64,000 nt of DNA from Candidatus Microgenomates bacterium (lineage in GTDB: Bacteria; Patescibacteriota; Microgenomatia; UBA8517), in assembly GCA_049523135.1 (NCBI GenBank), contig JBEKNE010000001.1, positions 455,009-519,008 of the forward strand, in the 5' to 3' direction. The notes beneath the pieces are model-generated. The model made no database searches. It saw only the letters and a list, made by a program, of their open reading frames with translations, and was not told the DNA's origin. A program made the position numbers and the translations under genes. How positions within the stretch are numbered: the first letter of the stretch is position 1; the number at the start of each line of letters is the position of its first letter. Shown one piece after another: positions 9,173 through 19,688 of the stretch.

Positions 9173-11443
9173 ATGCCCATTCTGCCAAATATTGCTTTCT
9201 TCAAGGATATAGATAAAAACGACACCCCTCTTGTTGGTGGTAAGGGGGCAAATTTGGGTGAAATGACCCGTGCAGGATTTCCTGTTCCTCCAGGTTTTGC
9301 AATTACTGTTCAAGCTTATGATACTTTCCTAAAGGGGAACGGAATAGCTGATAAAATTTATGGTCTTTTGGCCGCTACTGATGTTAATAACCCCGACCAA
9401 TTAGCCGATACGGAGAAAAAAGTTCAAAAGATGATCCTCACAGGCAAATTTCCGGATGAAATAACTCAAGAAATAATTAATTCTTATAAAAAACTCTCGG
9501 GGAGATTTAAAAGTGCTCTTGTGGCAGTTAGAACCTCAGCTACTGCTGAAGATATGCCGGATAATTCCTTTGCCGGAATGGGATGGACTTCTCTTAACAT
9601 TAAAGGCGAAGCGAATGTACTTAATGCTGTTCGTGAATGTTGGGCATCGCTTTTTACAGGCCGTTCAATATATTACCGTGTTATTAATAAAATTCCTCAT
9701 GAAAAAGTCAAAATTTGTGTGATTGTTATGAAGATGGTTGAATCGGATGTTTCCGGAGTGATGTTTTCGATAGATCCTGTAAAAAATGACAAAGATAGAA
9801 TTATTATCGAATCCGTCTGGGGACTTGGGGAAATGATAGTCCAGGGTGAGGTTGTACCAGATACGTATGTCGTACAGAAAGATACTTTTGCGATTCTTTC
9901 AAAAGAAATTTCCGATCAATCTGTTCAGCTTGTCAGAATGAAAAATGGGGAAAATAAACATATCGAAGTCCCAAAAAACATCAGACAAAAACAAAAGATT
10001 ACAGATAAAGAAATAGTTGAACTTGCCCACCTTGCGGATAAACTGCAGAAACATTATTACTTTCCGCAGGATGCCGAATGGGCAAAGGAAAAGGGGAAGA
10101 TATATCTTGTTCAGACCAGGCCGGTTACTACAATAGCTGAGACTACAAAAATTGAAAAAGGCGATAAAGGTGAATTTAAAATTGCTACATCACCAATTTT
10201 GACAGGAAGTCCGGCTTCACCCGGAATTGGAACAGGACCCGTCAAAATTCTTAAAAACCCTAAAGAGATTGATAAAATTCAAAAGGGTGATGTACTTGTT
10301 GCTCCGATGACCTCGCCTGACTATGTTCCTGCAATGAAAAAATCGGCTGCGATAATTACCGATGAAGGCGGACAAACCTCACACGCCGCAATAGTTTCCA
10401 GAGAACTCGGAATTCCTTGTGTAGTAGGAACCCAATATGCAACCAAGAAATTAACTGATGGTCAAATTGTAACAGTCAACGGTGAAGCCGGAGAAATATT
10501 CTTGGGTGCCAATATTAAAACTCAGGATTCAAATCTGAAGTCTACCGAAAAACCGAAATTCAGTAAAGTTAAAACTGCTACAAAGGTTTACGTAAATTTA
10601 GCTGAACCGGAGAGGGCTAAAGAAATCGCCAAGTTGAATGTAGACGGTGTTGGACTTCTTAGAGCCGAATTTATGATTGCCAATATCGGGATTCACCCCA
10701 AAGAAGCTATAAGAAGAAAAGAACAGGCTAAATTTATTAAAAAATTGGCAAGTGACCTGGAAATCTTTTGTAAAGCATTTTATCCCAGACCGGTTACTTA
10801 TAGGGCTACGGATTTTAAAACAAATGAATATAGGAGCCTTCCCGGAGGAAAATATTGGGAACCCATTGAACCCAATCCGCTACTTGGTTTTCGGGGTGCC
10901 TTCCGTTATGTCGGAAGTCCAGAAGCTTTTAATCTTGAACTTGAGGCAATTAAAGCTGTTAGGGAAAAATATGATAATTTGCATTTAATGATTCCGTTTG
11001 TCAGGTCTCCTGAGGAACTTGGCAAGGTAAGAAGACTTGTAGCCAGTTCGGGACTTTTTGAAAAACCTACGTTTAAGTTTTTGATGATGTGTGAAATTCC
11101 TGTGAACGTCATTCAAATAGAAGACTTTATTAAAGTCGGAATAGACGGGGTTTCCATCGGAAGTAATGATTTGACTATGTTAATTGAAGGAACCGACCGT
11201 GACAATTCCGAAGTTGCACAGGAATTTAATGAACGGACACCTGCTGTTTTATGGGCACTTAAACGAGTAATAACAAAGTGCGCTGAAGTCGGTGTTACAA
11301 GTTCTATTTGCGGACAGGCTCCCAGCGAGTATGAAGATTTAGTTAAAAAATTGGTAAGATGGGGTATAACCAGTGTTTCAATAAACTCCGATTCTATTGA
11401 TAGAGTCAGAGGTGTTATTGCTGAAGCTGAGAAGGAAATATAA
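9173..11443 (+). CDS. ppsA: phosphoenolpyruvate synthase (pyruvate, water dikinase)
   Basis: N-terminal ATP-grasp GGKGANLGEM; phospho-His domain TDEGGQTSHAAIVSRELGIPCVVG; C-terminal PEP-utilizing TIM barrel. Confidence 0.9.
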   Translation: MPILPNIAFFKDIDKNDTPLVGGKGANLGEMTRAGFPVPPGFAITVQAYDTFLKGNGIADKIYGLLAATDVNNPDQLADTEKKVQKMILTGKFPDEITQEIINSYKKLSGRFKSALVAVRTSATAEDMPDNSFAGMGWTSLNIKGEANVLNAVRECWASLFTGRSIYYRVINKIPHEKVKICVIVMKMVESDVSGVMFSIDPVKNDKDRIIIESVWGLGEMIVQGEVVPDTYVVQKDTFAILSKEISDQSVQLVRMKNGENKHIEVPKNIRQKQKITDKEIVELAHLADKLQKHYYFPQDAEWAKEKGKIYLVQTRPVTTIAETTKIEKGDKGEFKIATSPILTGSPASPGIGTGPVKILKNPKEIDKIQKGDVLVAPMTSPDYVPAMKKSAAIITDEGGQTSHAAIVSRELGIPCVVGTQYATKKLTDGQIVTVNGEAGEIFLGANIKTQDSNLKSTEKPKFSKVKTATKVYVNLAEPERAKEIAKLNVDGVGLLRAEFMIANIGIHPKEAIRRKEQAKFIKKLASDLEIFCKAFYPRPVTYRATDFKTNEYRSLPGGKYWEPIEPNPLLGFRGAFRYVGSPEAFNLELEAIKAVREKYDNLHLMIPFVRSPEELGKVRRLVASSGLFEKPTFKFLMMCEIPVNVIQIEDFIKVGIDGVSIGSNDLTMLIEGTDRDNSEVAQEFNERTPAVLWALKRVITKCAEVGVTSSICGQAPSEYEDLVKKLVRWGITSVSINSDSIDRVRGVIAEAEKEI

Positions 11444-11448
11444 AACAT

Positions 11449-12720
11449 ATGAGTAAGATTAAAAAAATTTGGGCTCGTGAAATACTTGATTCAAGGGCTA
11501 TTCCAACCGTTGAAACTGCCTGCATGCTTGATAACGGACAAGTCGCAGTTTCATCTGTTCCCGCGGGCACGTCAACAGGAACACATGAAGCGCTGGAGCT
11601 TAGGGATGAAAATAATCCCAGATATCTCGGGTTTGGGGTTTTGCAAGCCGTGAACAATGTTAATTCTTTTCTTGGACCTGCCGTTACCGGAATGGATCCG
11701 GCCAATCAATCTGAAATTGACAAAAAATTGATTGAAATGGACGGAACGGAAAATAAATCAAAGTATGGAGCCAATGCTATTCTTTCAATTTCCGAAGTTG
11801 TCGTAAAAGCCGGTGCAATAGCCGCAAAACAATCACTTTACGGTTGGATTTTTTCAATGGCTTCAAGAGCCGGAATTACTCAGACAGTCAAAGTTCCAAC
11901 TCCTCTTTTTAATATGATTAACGGAGGCAAACATGGTGCGGGGAATCTTGATTTTCAGGAATTTTGGGTAATACCCGGGTCTTCAAAGAAATATTCCGAA
12001 AGTTTGCAGATGGGTGTTGAAATTTATCTGACTATCGGTAGAAATTTGGCACACCGCGGGGCTATTCATTCCGTAGGAGACGAAGGCGGATATGCACCGA
12101 ATTTATTTACCAATGCGGATGCACTGGAGGTCTTTGTTGAATCCATCCGCCAGACCAAATATTCCCTAGGACGGGATGTATTTTTGGGATTGGATGTTGC
12201 GGCAAACAGTTTTTATAAAAACGGAGAGTATTTAATAAAAGACCGTTCCTCAACTTTAAGTGATTCCCAGCTTTTGGATTTTTACAAAGCTCTTTGTGAT
12301 CAATATAAACTTGCAATTTTGGAAGATCCCTTTCAGGAAGATGCGTGGAGCAGCTGGGCCAGTCTTACCAGTGAACTTTCTCAAAGTGTGGTTATTGTCG
12401 GAGATGATCTTTTGGCAACAAATCCGAACCGTGTAGAAAAAGCAATTAAAGAAAAATCCTGCAACGCAATCCTTATTAAGCCAAACCAAATAGGAACAAT
12501 ATCGGAAACCCTTAATGTAATAAAAATGGCAAGAGACGCAAAATGGACTGTTATTGTTTCCCACAGATCCGGTGAAACAAACGACAGCTTCATTGCGGAT
12601 TTCGGCGTGGGAGTTGCGGCTGATTATGTAAAATTCGGTGCTCCGGCCCGCGGTGAACGTGTTGCCAAATACAACAGGCTTTCTACAATAGAAACGGAAT
12701 TATCTAGGATTAACAAATGA
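11449..12720 (+). CDS. eno: enolase
   Basis: IWAREILDSRAIPTVE...SVPAGTSTGTHEALELRD; full-length enolase signature. Ends with an ATGA overlap into gpmI. Confidence 0.95.
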   Translation: MSKIKKIWAREILDSRAIPTVETACMLDNGQVAVSSVPAGTSTGTHEALELRDENNPRYLGFGVLQAVNNVNSFLGPAVTGMDPANQSEIDKKLIEMDGTENKSKYGANAILSISEVVVKAGAIAAKQSLYGWIFSMASRAGITQTVKVPTPLFNMINGGKHGAGNLDFQEFWVIPGSSKKYSESLQMGVEIYLTIGRNLAHRGAIHSVGDEGGYAPNLFTNADALEVFVESIRQTKYSLGRDVFLGLDVAANSFYKNGEYLIKDRSSTLSDSQLLDFYKALCDQYKLAILEDPFQEDAWSSWASLTSELSQSVVIVGDDLLATNPNRVEKAIKEKSCNAILIKPNQIGTISETLNVIKMARDAKWTVIVSHRSGETNDSFIADFGVGVAADYVKFGAPARGERVAKYNRLSTIETELSRINK

Positions 12721-14384
12721 ACGAAGAACCTTCAAAACTCGTGATACTGGTTGTAATGGACGGTTGGGGAATAGCGGCTCCGGGGCCGGGAAATCCAATA
12801 TCGCAAGCAAATATACCGAATATGAATAAATTCATGGCCTCATATCCCCACACTCAATTGCAGGCTTCTGGAGAAGCTGTGGGTCTGCCCAGAGGTGAGG
12901 TTGGAAATACCGAAACGGGGCATCTTAATATCGGTGCTGGCAGAATTGTCTATCAGGATTTGCAAAGAATAAATATGAGTATTGCTGAAGGCAGTTTTTA
13001 TGAAAACCCGGTACTTATCGGAGCAATAGATCATGCCCGCTCATTTAACAGTAATCTTCACTTAATTGGGCTTATCGGTGCCGGAGGAGTTCACAGCAAT
13101 ATTGAGCATCTTTTTGCTCTTATCGAACTTGTTAAAAGACATGAATTTAACAGAGTTTATTTGCATCTTTTTACGGACGGGCGCGATTCGCCTCCTACTG
13201 CCGCAAAAATTTATATTTCAGAACTTCGTAAGGTTATGGCAAGAGAAGGTGTTGGTCAAATTGCTTCAATAATGGGCAGATATTGGGCGATGGATAGGGA
13301 TAGACGTTGGGACAGAACCGCAAAAGCATATTTTGCATTGACTAAAGGCGAAGGTCGGCTGGTTAAAACACCCGAGGAAGGAATTGATGCGTCTTATGCT
13401 GAAGCGAAAACTGACGAGTTTATAGAGCCTTGCATAATCACGGCTCCTGACGGAAAACCGCTCGCACTGATTAAAGAAAATGATTCCGTAATCTTTTTTA
13501 ATTTTAGAATAGACAGACCAAGACAACTGACAAGTGCTTTTGTTTTTGAAGATTTTAGCAAGGCAAATCAAACTGTTGGTTTTGATCCATATCTGGTTAA
13601 ATATCAAAAATCCCATTTGGCTACTCAGCCAACTCAAGTTACGGAACCCTTCGCAAGGGGTCCAAGAATTAATAATCTGTATTTTGCCACAATGACTGAA
13701 TATGGAAAAGCTATTGTTGAATCCGGTGCAAAAGTCGCTTACCCTCCTGAAATTGTTAAATTACCCTTAGGTCTGGTAATTTCAGAAGCCGGATATAAGC
13801 AGTTGAGAGCGGCAGAAAGTGAAAAGGAAAGATTTGTAACTTTCTATTTTAACGGTCAGCAGGAAGCTGCGTTTGAAGGGGAAGACCGACTGATAGTTCC
13901 TTCTCCGAAAGTTGCAACTTATGATTTGAAACCCGAGATGAGTGCAAGAGAACTAACCGAGGGAGTCTTGCAGAAGCTTAAAGAATCTCCGGATTACAAA
14001 TTTGTTTTAATTAATTTTGCAAACCCTGACATGGTCGGCCACACCGGAAATATCGGAGCGGCCGTTAAAGCATGTCAAGTCGTTGACGAGTGTTTAGGCA
14101 AACTTAGCGATTGGGTTCTTGCTTATGGCGGCTATATGATTGTAACTGCAGATCACGGAAATGTTGAGGAAATGATTGACCAAAAGACGGGAGCAATCGA
14201 AACGGAACACAGCAGTAACCCCGTACCTTTTATCGTGGTTTCTCAAAAACTTATGGGAAACCCCGTTACCCTGATGACAGGAATTTTGGCGGATATCGCA
14301 CCAACTGTTTTAAAACTGATGGATTTGGAGGTTCCTTCCACAATGACCGGCCATAATTTATTGGATTCACAATTTAAGCTTTAA
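12717..14384 (+). CDS. gpmI: 2,3-bisphosphoglycerate-independent phosphoglycerate mutase
   Basis: VVMDGWGIA...NTETGHLNIGAGR...TADHGN matches iPGM motifs. Confidence 0.93.
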   Translation: MNEEPSKLVILVVMDGWGIAAPGPGNPISQANIPNMNKFMASYPHTQLQASGEAVGLPRGEVGNTETGHLNIGAGRIVYQDLQRINMSIAEGSFYENPVLIGAIDHARSFNSNLHLIGLIGAGGVHSNIEHLFALIELVKRHEFNRVYLHLFTDGRDSPPTAAKIYISELRKVMAREGVGQIASIMGRYWAMDRDRRWDRTAKAYFALTKGEGRLVKTPEEGIDASYAEAKTDEFIEPCIITAPDGKPLALIKENDSVIFFNFRIDRPRQLTSAFVFEDFSKANQTVGFDPYLVKYQKSHLATQPTQVTEPFARGPRINNLYFATMTEYGKAIVESGAKVAYPPEIVKLPLGLVISEAGYKQLRAAESEKERFVTFYFNGQQEAAFEGEDRLIVPSPKVATYDLKPEMSARELTEGVLQKLKESPDYKFVLINFANPDMVGHTGNIGAAVKACQVVDECLGKLSDWVLAYGGYMIVTADHGNVEEMIDQKTGAIETEHSSNPVPFIVVSQKLMGNPVTLMTGILADIAPTVLKLMDLEVPSTMTGHNLLDSQFKL

Positions 14385-14402
14385 TCGGTATACTTTAAAA
14401 AT

Positions 14403-15029
14403 ATGTCTCATCTTTCTCAAAGTATTGCTATATTTCTAACTACATTTATTTCATCCTACGGCTATTTGGCTATTTTTGTTTTTATGACGGCAGAAAGTGC
14501 CTTGATTCCAATTCCCTCGGAAGTGACAATGACTTTTGCCGGTTTTCTTTGCGGAATAGGCATAATAAATATTTGGATTGCAATTCTTATCGGAACATTG
14601 GGAAATTTAACCGGCTCGCTTTTGTCCTTTTGGTTGGGGAGAGCCATGGGGGAGGAGTGGATAAGAATTGCGATTAAAAAATGGGGAAAGTTTCTACTGA
14701 TGCATGAAAAGGATTTTGACAGAGCGATACAATGGTTTGATAAGTACGATCAAGGAATTACTTTCGCCAGCCGACTTCTGCCGATTGTTCGCACATTTAT
14801 TTCGCTTCCTGCCGGGATTTCAGATATGAGTGTTAAAAAATTTGCAATATTTACCTTTTTAGGCTCGTTTTTATGGACGACCGCATTGGCATTTATTGGA
14901 CTTAAGCTCGGTCAAAACTGGAATGCGGTGGAACCCTTCTTTAGAAAATTCCAGTTTGTAATAATCGGTTTTGTAATTCTGGCTGTATTTATCTACATTT
15001 ACAAACACGTTAAAAGAGGAAAAGATTAA
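14403..15029 (+). CDS. DedA/VTT-domain membrane protein
   Basis: TAESALIPIPSEV...LLPIVRTFISLPAG is the DedA signature. Confidence 0.8.
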   Translation: MSHLSQSIAIFLTTFISSYGYLAIFVFMTAESALIPIPSEVTMTFAGFLCGIGIINIWIAILIGTLGNLTGSLLSFWLGRAMGEEWIRIAIKKWGKFLLMHEKDFDRAIQWFDKYDQGITFASRLLPIVRTFISLPAGISDMSVKKFAIFTFLGSFLWTTALAFIGLKLGQNWNAVEPFFRKFQFVIIGFVILAVFIYIYKHVKRGKD

Positions 15030-15656
15030 CTAGTTTTTTCCGTATCTTCGGATGAGGCCGACAACTCTTCCCTGAATTTTTACATTTTTAACAAAAATCG
15101 GCTGCATTGCTGCATTTGCGGGCTGAAGACGGATTCGTGTGGCTTCTTTAAAAAATCTTTTAAGAGTGGCCATGCCGTTATCAAGAAGCGCCACAACAAC
15201 TTCCCCGTTATTTGCATTTTCTGTTTGTTCAACAATTACATTATCTCCGTCCATTATTCCGTCTTCGATCATACTTTCACCACGGACCTGGAGAATATAA
15301 GTTCTTTTACTGCCGCTGGCAAACGTCGCGGGAATATTCATTGAGGCATTTGGATCTGTGTAGGGTTCAATTGGTGCCCCTGCCGCAATGAAACCCAAAA
15401 TCGGAGCGTCAAAACCCTCTGGCTGTCCTAGATTAACGTCCGATTCGACCAGTTCTATTGACCTGACTTTGCCTGATTTTTTCTTAATAAGCCCTTTCGC
15501 TTCAAGAGATTGAAGGTGTTCATGAACAGTGGCCAAAGAGGATACTCCAATTGCGTCAGCTATTTGCTTAAGAGTCGGAGCTGTGCCGTTTGACTGGATA
15601 AATTGTTTAATAAATCCAAGTATTTGTTTTTGCCTTTTGTAGACGATCAGAGCCAT
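15030..15656 (-). CDS. lexA: LexA repressor
   Basis: N-terminal wHTH. Cleavage and catalytic region AAGAP...RGESMIEDGIMDGD...ATLKRF (S24 peptidase Ser/Lys). Confidence 0.9.
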   Translation of the reverse strand: MALIVYKRQKQILGFIKQFIQSNGTAPTLKQIADAIGVSSLATVHEHLQSLEAKGLIKKKSGKVRSIELVESDVNLGQPEGFDAPILGFIAAGAPIEPYTDPNASMNIPATFASGSKRTYILQVRGESMIEDGIMDGDNVIVEQTENANNGEVVVALLDNGMATLKRFFKEATRIRLQPANAAMQPIFVKNVKIQGRVVGLIRRYGKN

Positions 15657-15729
15657 ATCTTTTTATACAAATAATACCCGAAGTCGTCAACTGGAACTTT
15701 TCATATCAAACCCAAACATATAGCGAACT

Positions 15730-16050
15730 TTAGGAGTGGACTTTATCAGTGGTAAGCAATTTATTAACCTGCCTTGCGTATTCTGTAAGAGCTTCCTGAT
15801 CATGAACGGTTGTTGTGCCTATGTATCCACCGTCTTCTTCCGGATCGGTATAATAAGAGAAGACTACACCTTCTACTTTGCGTGCAACGTTTTCACGGAC
15901 TAATGCCTCTTTTCTGGTCATACGGCAAGTAAAGATATTCCCCTCCTCATCTCTTTCTTGTTTTGTAAGAAACGCCCTACCTACCGGTCTTTCTCTATAC
16001 ATAGGGGACATTATATAACAAAATGCAAATAATGATAAAATTGTCAACAA
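15730..16050 (-). CDS. hypothetical protein (divergent from uvrB, next to lexA)
   Basis: ORF only. Start is probably an internal Met (~16011). Confidence 0.3.
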   Translation of the reverse strand: MLTILSLFAFCYIMSPMYRERPVGRAFLTKQERDEEGNIFTCRMTRKEALVRENVARKVEGVVFSYYTDPEEDGGYIGTTTVHDQEALTEYARQVNKLLTTDKVHS

Positions 16051-19000
16051 TGGGGCAATTTAAGCTACACTCAAACTTTAAACCAATTCCCGATCAGGCT
16101 CGTGCAATTGAAGAATTGTCTGAGGGAATTACGAGTAGTAAAAAATACCAAACATTATTGGGGGTGACAGGGAGTGGTAAAAGTATAGATTACAATGATT
16201 ATGTTTTAATAAAAACTATTGGCAATGGATTTAAATTCAATTTGGTTGAAATTGGCGACTTCATAGATAAAATATTTGAAAACAATGTACATCTAAGTAC
16301 CCATGATTCCGAAATGGTTTATACAAATTCATTAAAAGATAACTATGAAACCTATACAATAAATCCAATAAGTGGAGAGTTTGAATATAAAAAAATTACT
16401 GCGCTTATTAGACATCAAGCGCCTAAACGACTCTATAAAATAACTACTTCTTGCGGTAGGCAAGTTACTATTACTAAAGATCATAATCTCTGGGTATTAA
16501 GAGATGGCCACCTTACTTTAATTAGAACCCAAGATGTACATAGAGGCGATTTTTTACCGATTCCTAGAAATTTAGGATTTATAGCAAATGGTATGGATGG
16601 TATATGGGTAAATGATTATTTGATTAAAAGAAAAATTTATTTTAGCTTAGATGAGCTAACAAAAAGGATATTTATACCTAAAGATAGATTAGTCAGTATT
16701 TTGGGAAATAAATATAATGGTGCAATTACAAGGCATGAAAGGGTTAATATATCTTTTCTGAAAGATCTTATTGGATATGAAAATTTGCATTTAATTAAAG
16801 ATTTGGTAATAAGTCCAAGAATCGGAAATAAAACAACCTTGTATATACCTTTAACTAACAGTTACTTAAATCTTTTAGGAATCTATCTGGCTGAAGGATG
16901 TGTTGCAAATAATTATCTTTTATTAAGTATCCACGAGTCTGAAGCAAAAAGAATACTATTTAGAACATTTAAGAATTTAAATTTACGTTATCACGAGAGA
17001 AAAAATCGTAAAGGTGATTTTCAAATAGATAATTTAATTCTTGCAAAAATATTCAAAGTTTTATGTGGAAATGGTTCAGTAAATAAGCATCTTCCTCCTT
17101 GGTTTTTTAACTTAAGTAAAGATCAAATGGTAAGAATCATTTCTGCCTATTTTGATGGAGATGGATATGTGAGTCGGAATGAAGTAAGTACAACTACTAA
17201 AAGCAAGAAATTAGCATCAGAGCTTATGTATACTTTAAGTATTTTTGATATTGTTGCCAGGTGTAGAAAGGTATTCAAAAGGGCCACAAACAGCAATATG
17301 AAGAAACAATTATATTATGAAGTGGTTATATCGGGTCAAGGGAATATAGATAAATTTAGAGAACATATAGGATTTAATTTAAAGAGAAAAAAGCATTTGC
17401 TTTTAGGTACTTTTAGGGTCAATGAAAATACAAATGTCGATTTGATACCAATAAAGCCATCCGAGTTTATAAATCTTCGCAAAAACGCAAATATTTCTCA
17501 GGAAAAATTAGCTAATCTATCTAGTTGTTCGAGAAGCTTTGTGTCAATGATAGAAAGTGGAAAAAGATTACCTTCGCAAGAAGTCTGCAAATCTATATTA
17601 GATGTTTTTAAAAATATTTTAGAAAATGAAACCGACTTTAAAATATTAGATAAATATTATTCACTTTTAAAAGCCTTTTGGACACCCATAAAGAACATAA
17701 GTTATGTAAGACCATCTACTCCTTTCATTTACGATTTTTCAGTTGATAAAAATGAAACTTTCTTAGCAGGTTTTGGTGGAATTTTTGTGCATAATACTTT
17801 TACAATGGCTGGAGTTATTGAAAAAGTCCAGCGTCCGACATTAATTATTTCCCACAATAAAACTCTGGCCGCCCAGCTTTATCAGGAGCTTAGGGATTTT
17901 TTCCCAAATAATGCGGTTTCTTACTTTGTTTCCTATTATGATTACTACCAGCCGGAGGCTTACATTCCTTCAACCGATACATATATCGAAAAAGACGCGG
18001 ATATTAATGAAACCATTGATAAACTCCGTCTTGCGGCAACCACAAATCTCTTAACGCGATGCGATACAATTGTCGTTGCTTCGGTTTCCTGCATATATAA
18101 CATAGGTTCTCCCCGAGAATACGGACATTTTGTCTTGGAGTTTACGGAAGGAATGAAGATAAATCGTGAACAAATAATTGATCGAATAGTGGACTTGCAA
18201 TATGAGCGAAGCGATTTCGGATTTAATAGGGGTACTTTCAGGGTTCGGGGTAATGCTATTGATATTTATCCTGCCTATCTTGATCAGGGAGTCCATGTAG
18301 AATTCGGTGAGGATAAAATTGAAAAAATTGAGTTAATAAATCCCGTTACGGGAAATAGCGTTCCGAAAAAAGAAGGTTTTGACCCGACGAACTTCATACT
18401 TTATCCCGCCAAACATTTTATGACTAATCCGACAACCTACGATGACGCTTTCGATGCAATCAAAAAGGATTTGGAAAGCCGTGTTTCTCAACTTAAAAAA
18501 GAAGGAAAAGATTTGGAAGCTCATAGGATTGCCCAAAAAGTTACTTACGACATGGAAATGATCAAAGAAGTGGGGTATGTCAAAGGAATTGAAAATTATT
18601 CCAGATATTTTGACGGTCGTTCCCCCGGGGACGCACCCTTTTCGCTTCTGGATTATTTTAACGAGCCCTACAAAGACAAATGGCTTCTCCTTGTCGATGA
18701 ATCTCACATGACTTTTCCGCAAATAAGGGGAATGTTTAATGGCGACTTGTCCAGAAAACAAACGTTAATCGATTACGGTTTCAGACTTCCTTCGGCACTT
18801 GATAACAGGCCTTTGAGATTTGAGGAATTTATGAGAAGAGTTCCTAATTTTATTGCGTCTTCCGCAACACCCAATGAATGGGAAATAAGCATGAGCGGAG
18901 GCAAAGTTGCGGAGCTTTTGGTCAGGCCCACGGGGATTCCCGATCCGGAAGTTGAAATTAGACCTATTAAAAATCAGGTAGCCGATGTTATAGAGGAGAT

Positions 19001-19688
19001 CAAAAAAACCACGGCCAAACACCAGAGGACTCTGGTCACAACCATGACCAAACGTACTGCCGAAGACCTTTCCGCCTATTTGAATGAGCAGGGTCTGAAA
19101 GTTCAATATTTACACTCAGATATAGCCACGCTCGATAGAACCGATATTCTGGATGATCTCAGGAACGGCAAATACGATGTTTTGGTTGGAATTAATCTTC
19201 TTAGGGAAGGCTTGGACCTTCCCGAGGTTAGCCTCGTAGCCATACTAGATGCCGATAAAGAGGGTTTCCTCCGAAGTGACGTAACCCTTGTCCAGACGAT
19301 GGGTAGGGCCGCCAGACACGTTGAGGGGCGTGTAATTATGTATGCCGATAAGATAACCGGCTCGATGGAGAGAGCTCTTTCCGAGGTCAAGAGACGTCGT
19401 GCCTATCAGTTAGAATATAACAAAAATCACAACATTACGCCCGTTAGCATAAGTAAGCCTATCCGCGAGAAACTTATTGAGCATGAAACGGACAAACGTG
19501 CCCCTTGGGTTTTTGGCAGTAAAGAGCCTGTTTACGAAAGCCTTCCGCATCTTGAAATTGATTCAATGACTCCGATGGAGAAAAAGAGGTTGGTTAAAAA
19601 TTTGACCACCGAAATGCGCCTTGCCGCACAGGATCTCAATTTCGAGCTTGCGGCGGAGATAAGGGACAAAATTAAGGAGATTATTTAA
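16023..19688 (+). CDS. uvrB: excinuclease ABC subunit B, interrupted by an in-frame intein (precursor 1221 aa; mature ~683 aa)
   Basis: GVTGSGK | S...intein...VHN | TFTMAGVIE reconstitutes the UvrB Walker A GVTGSGKTFTMA. Downstream helicase motifs, the beta-hairpin and a C-terminal UVR domain follow. The true start may be Met10 (16050). Confidence 0.93.
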   Translation: MQIMIKLSTMGQFKLHSNFKPIPDQARAIEELSEGITSSKKYQTLLGVTGSGKSIDYNDYVLIKTIGNGFKFNLVEIGDFIDKIFENNVHLSTHDSEMVYTNSLKDNYETYTINPISGEFEYKKITALIRHQAPKRLYKITTSCGRQVTITKDHNLWVLRDGHLTLIRTQDVHRGDFLPIPRNLGFIANGMDGIWVNDYLIKRKIYFSLDELTKRIFIPKDRLVSILGNKYNGAITRHERVNISFLKDLIGYENLHLIKDLVISPRIGNKTTLYIPLTNSYLNLLGIYLAEGCVANNYLLLSIHESEAKRILFRTFKNLNLRYHERKNRKGDFQIDNLILAKIFKVLCGNGSVNKHLPPWFFNLSKDQMVRIISAYFDGDGYVSRNEVSTTTKSKKLASELMYTLSIFDIVARCRKVFKRATNSNMKKQLYYEVVISGQGNIDKFREHIGFNLKRKKHLLLGTFRVNENTNVDLIPIKPSEFINLRKNANISQEKLANLSSCSRSFVSMIESGKRLPSQEVCKSILDVFKNILENETDFKILDKYYSLLKAFWTPIKNISYVRPSTPFIYDFSVDKNETFLAGFGGIFVHNTFTMAGVIEKVQRPTLIISHNKTLAAQLYQELRDFFPNNAVSYFVSYYDYYQPEAYIPSTDTYIEKDADINETIDKLRLAATTNLLTRCDTIVVASVSCIYNIGSPREYGHFVLEFTEGMKINREQIIDRIVDLQYERSDFGFNRGTFRVRGNAIDIYPAYLDQGVHVEFGEDKIEKIELINPVTGNSVPKKEGFDPTNFILYPAKHFMTNPTTYDDAFDAIKKDLESRVSQLKKEGKDLEAHRIAQKVTYDMEMIKEVGYVKGIENYSRYFDGRSPGDAPFSLLDYFNEPYKDKWLLLVDESHMTFPQIRGMFNGDLSRKQTLIDYGFRLPSALDNRPLRFEEFMRRVPNFIASSATPNEWEISMSGGKVAELLVRPTGIPDPEVEIRPIKNQVADVIEEIKKTTAKHQRTLVTTMTKRTAEDLSAYLNEQGLKVQYLHSDIATLDRTDILDDLRNGKYDVLVGINLLREGLDLPEVSLVAILDADKEGFLRSDVTLVQTMGRAARHVEGRVIMYADKITGSMERALSEVKRRRAYQLEYNKNHNITPVSISKPIREKLIEHETDKRAPWVFGSKEPVYESLPHLEIDSMTPMEKKRLVKNLTTEMRLAAQDLNFELAAEIRDKIKEII
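16182..17795 (+). mobile_element. intein (538 aa) with LAGLIDADG homing endonuclease domain and XRE-type HTH
   Basis: Begins with Ser after GSGK; block B TITKDHNLW; LAGLIDADG-like LLGIYLAEGCV and ISAYFDGDGYV; HTH ISQEKLANLSSCSRSFVSMIESGKRLPS; ends FIYDFSV...GGIFVHN followed by +1 Thr. Confidence 0.8.

Noticed and set aside
15657-16022. Canonical LexA/Cheo box (CGAAC-N4-GTTCG) in the lexA-uvrB divergent region
   Set aside because: Only imperfect half-sites (GTTCGCTATATGTTTG, GGAACTTTTC) were found by eye. Not confident enough to annotate an operator.
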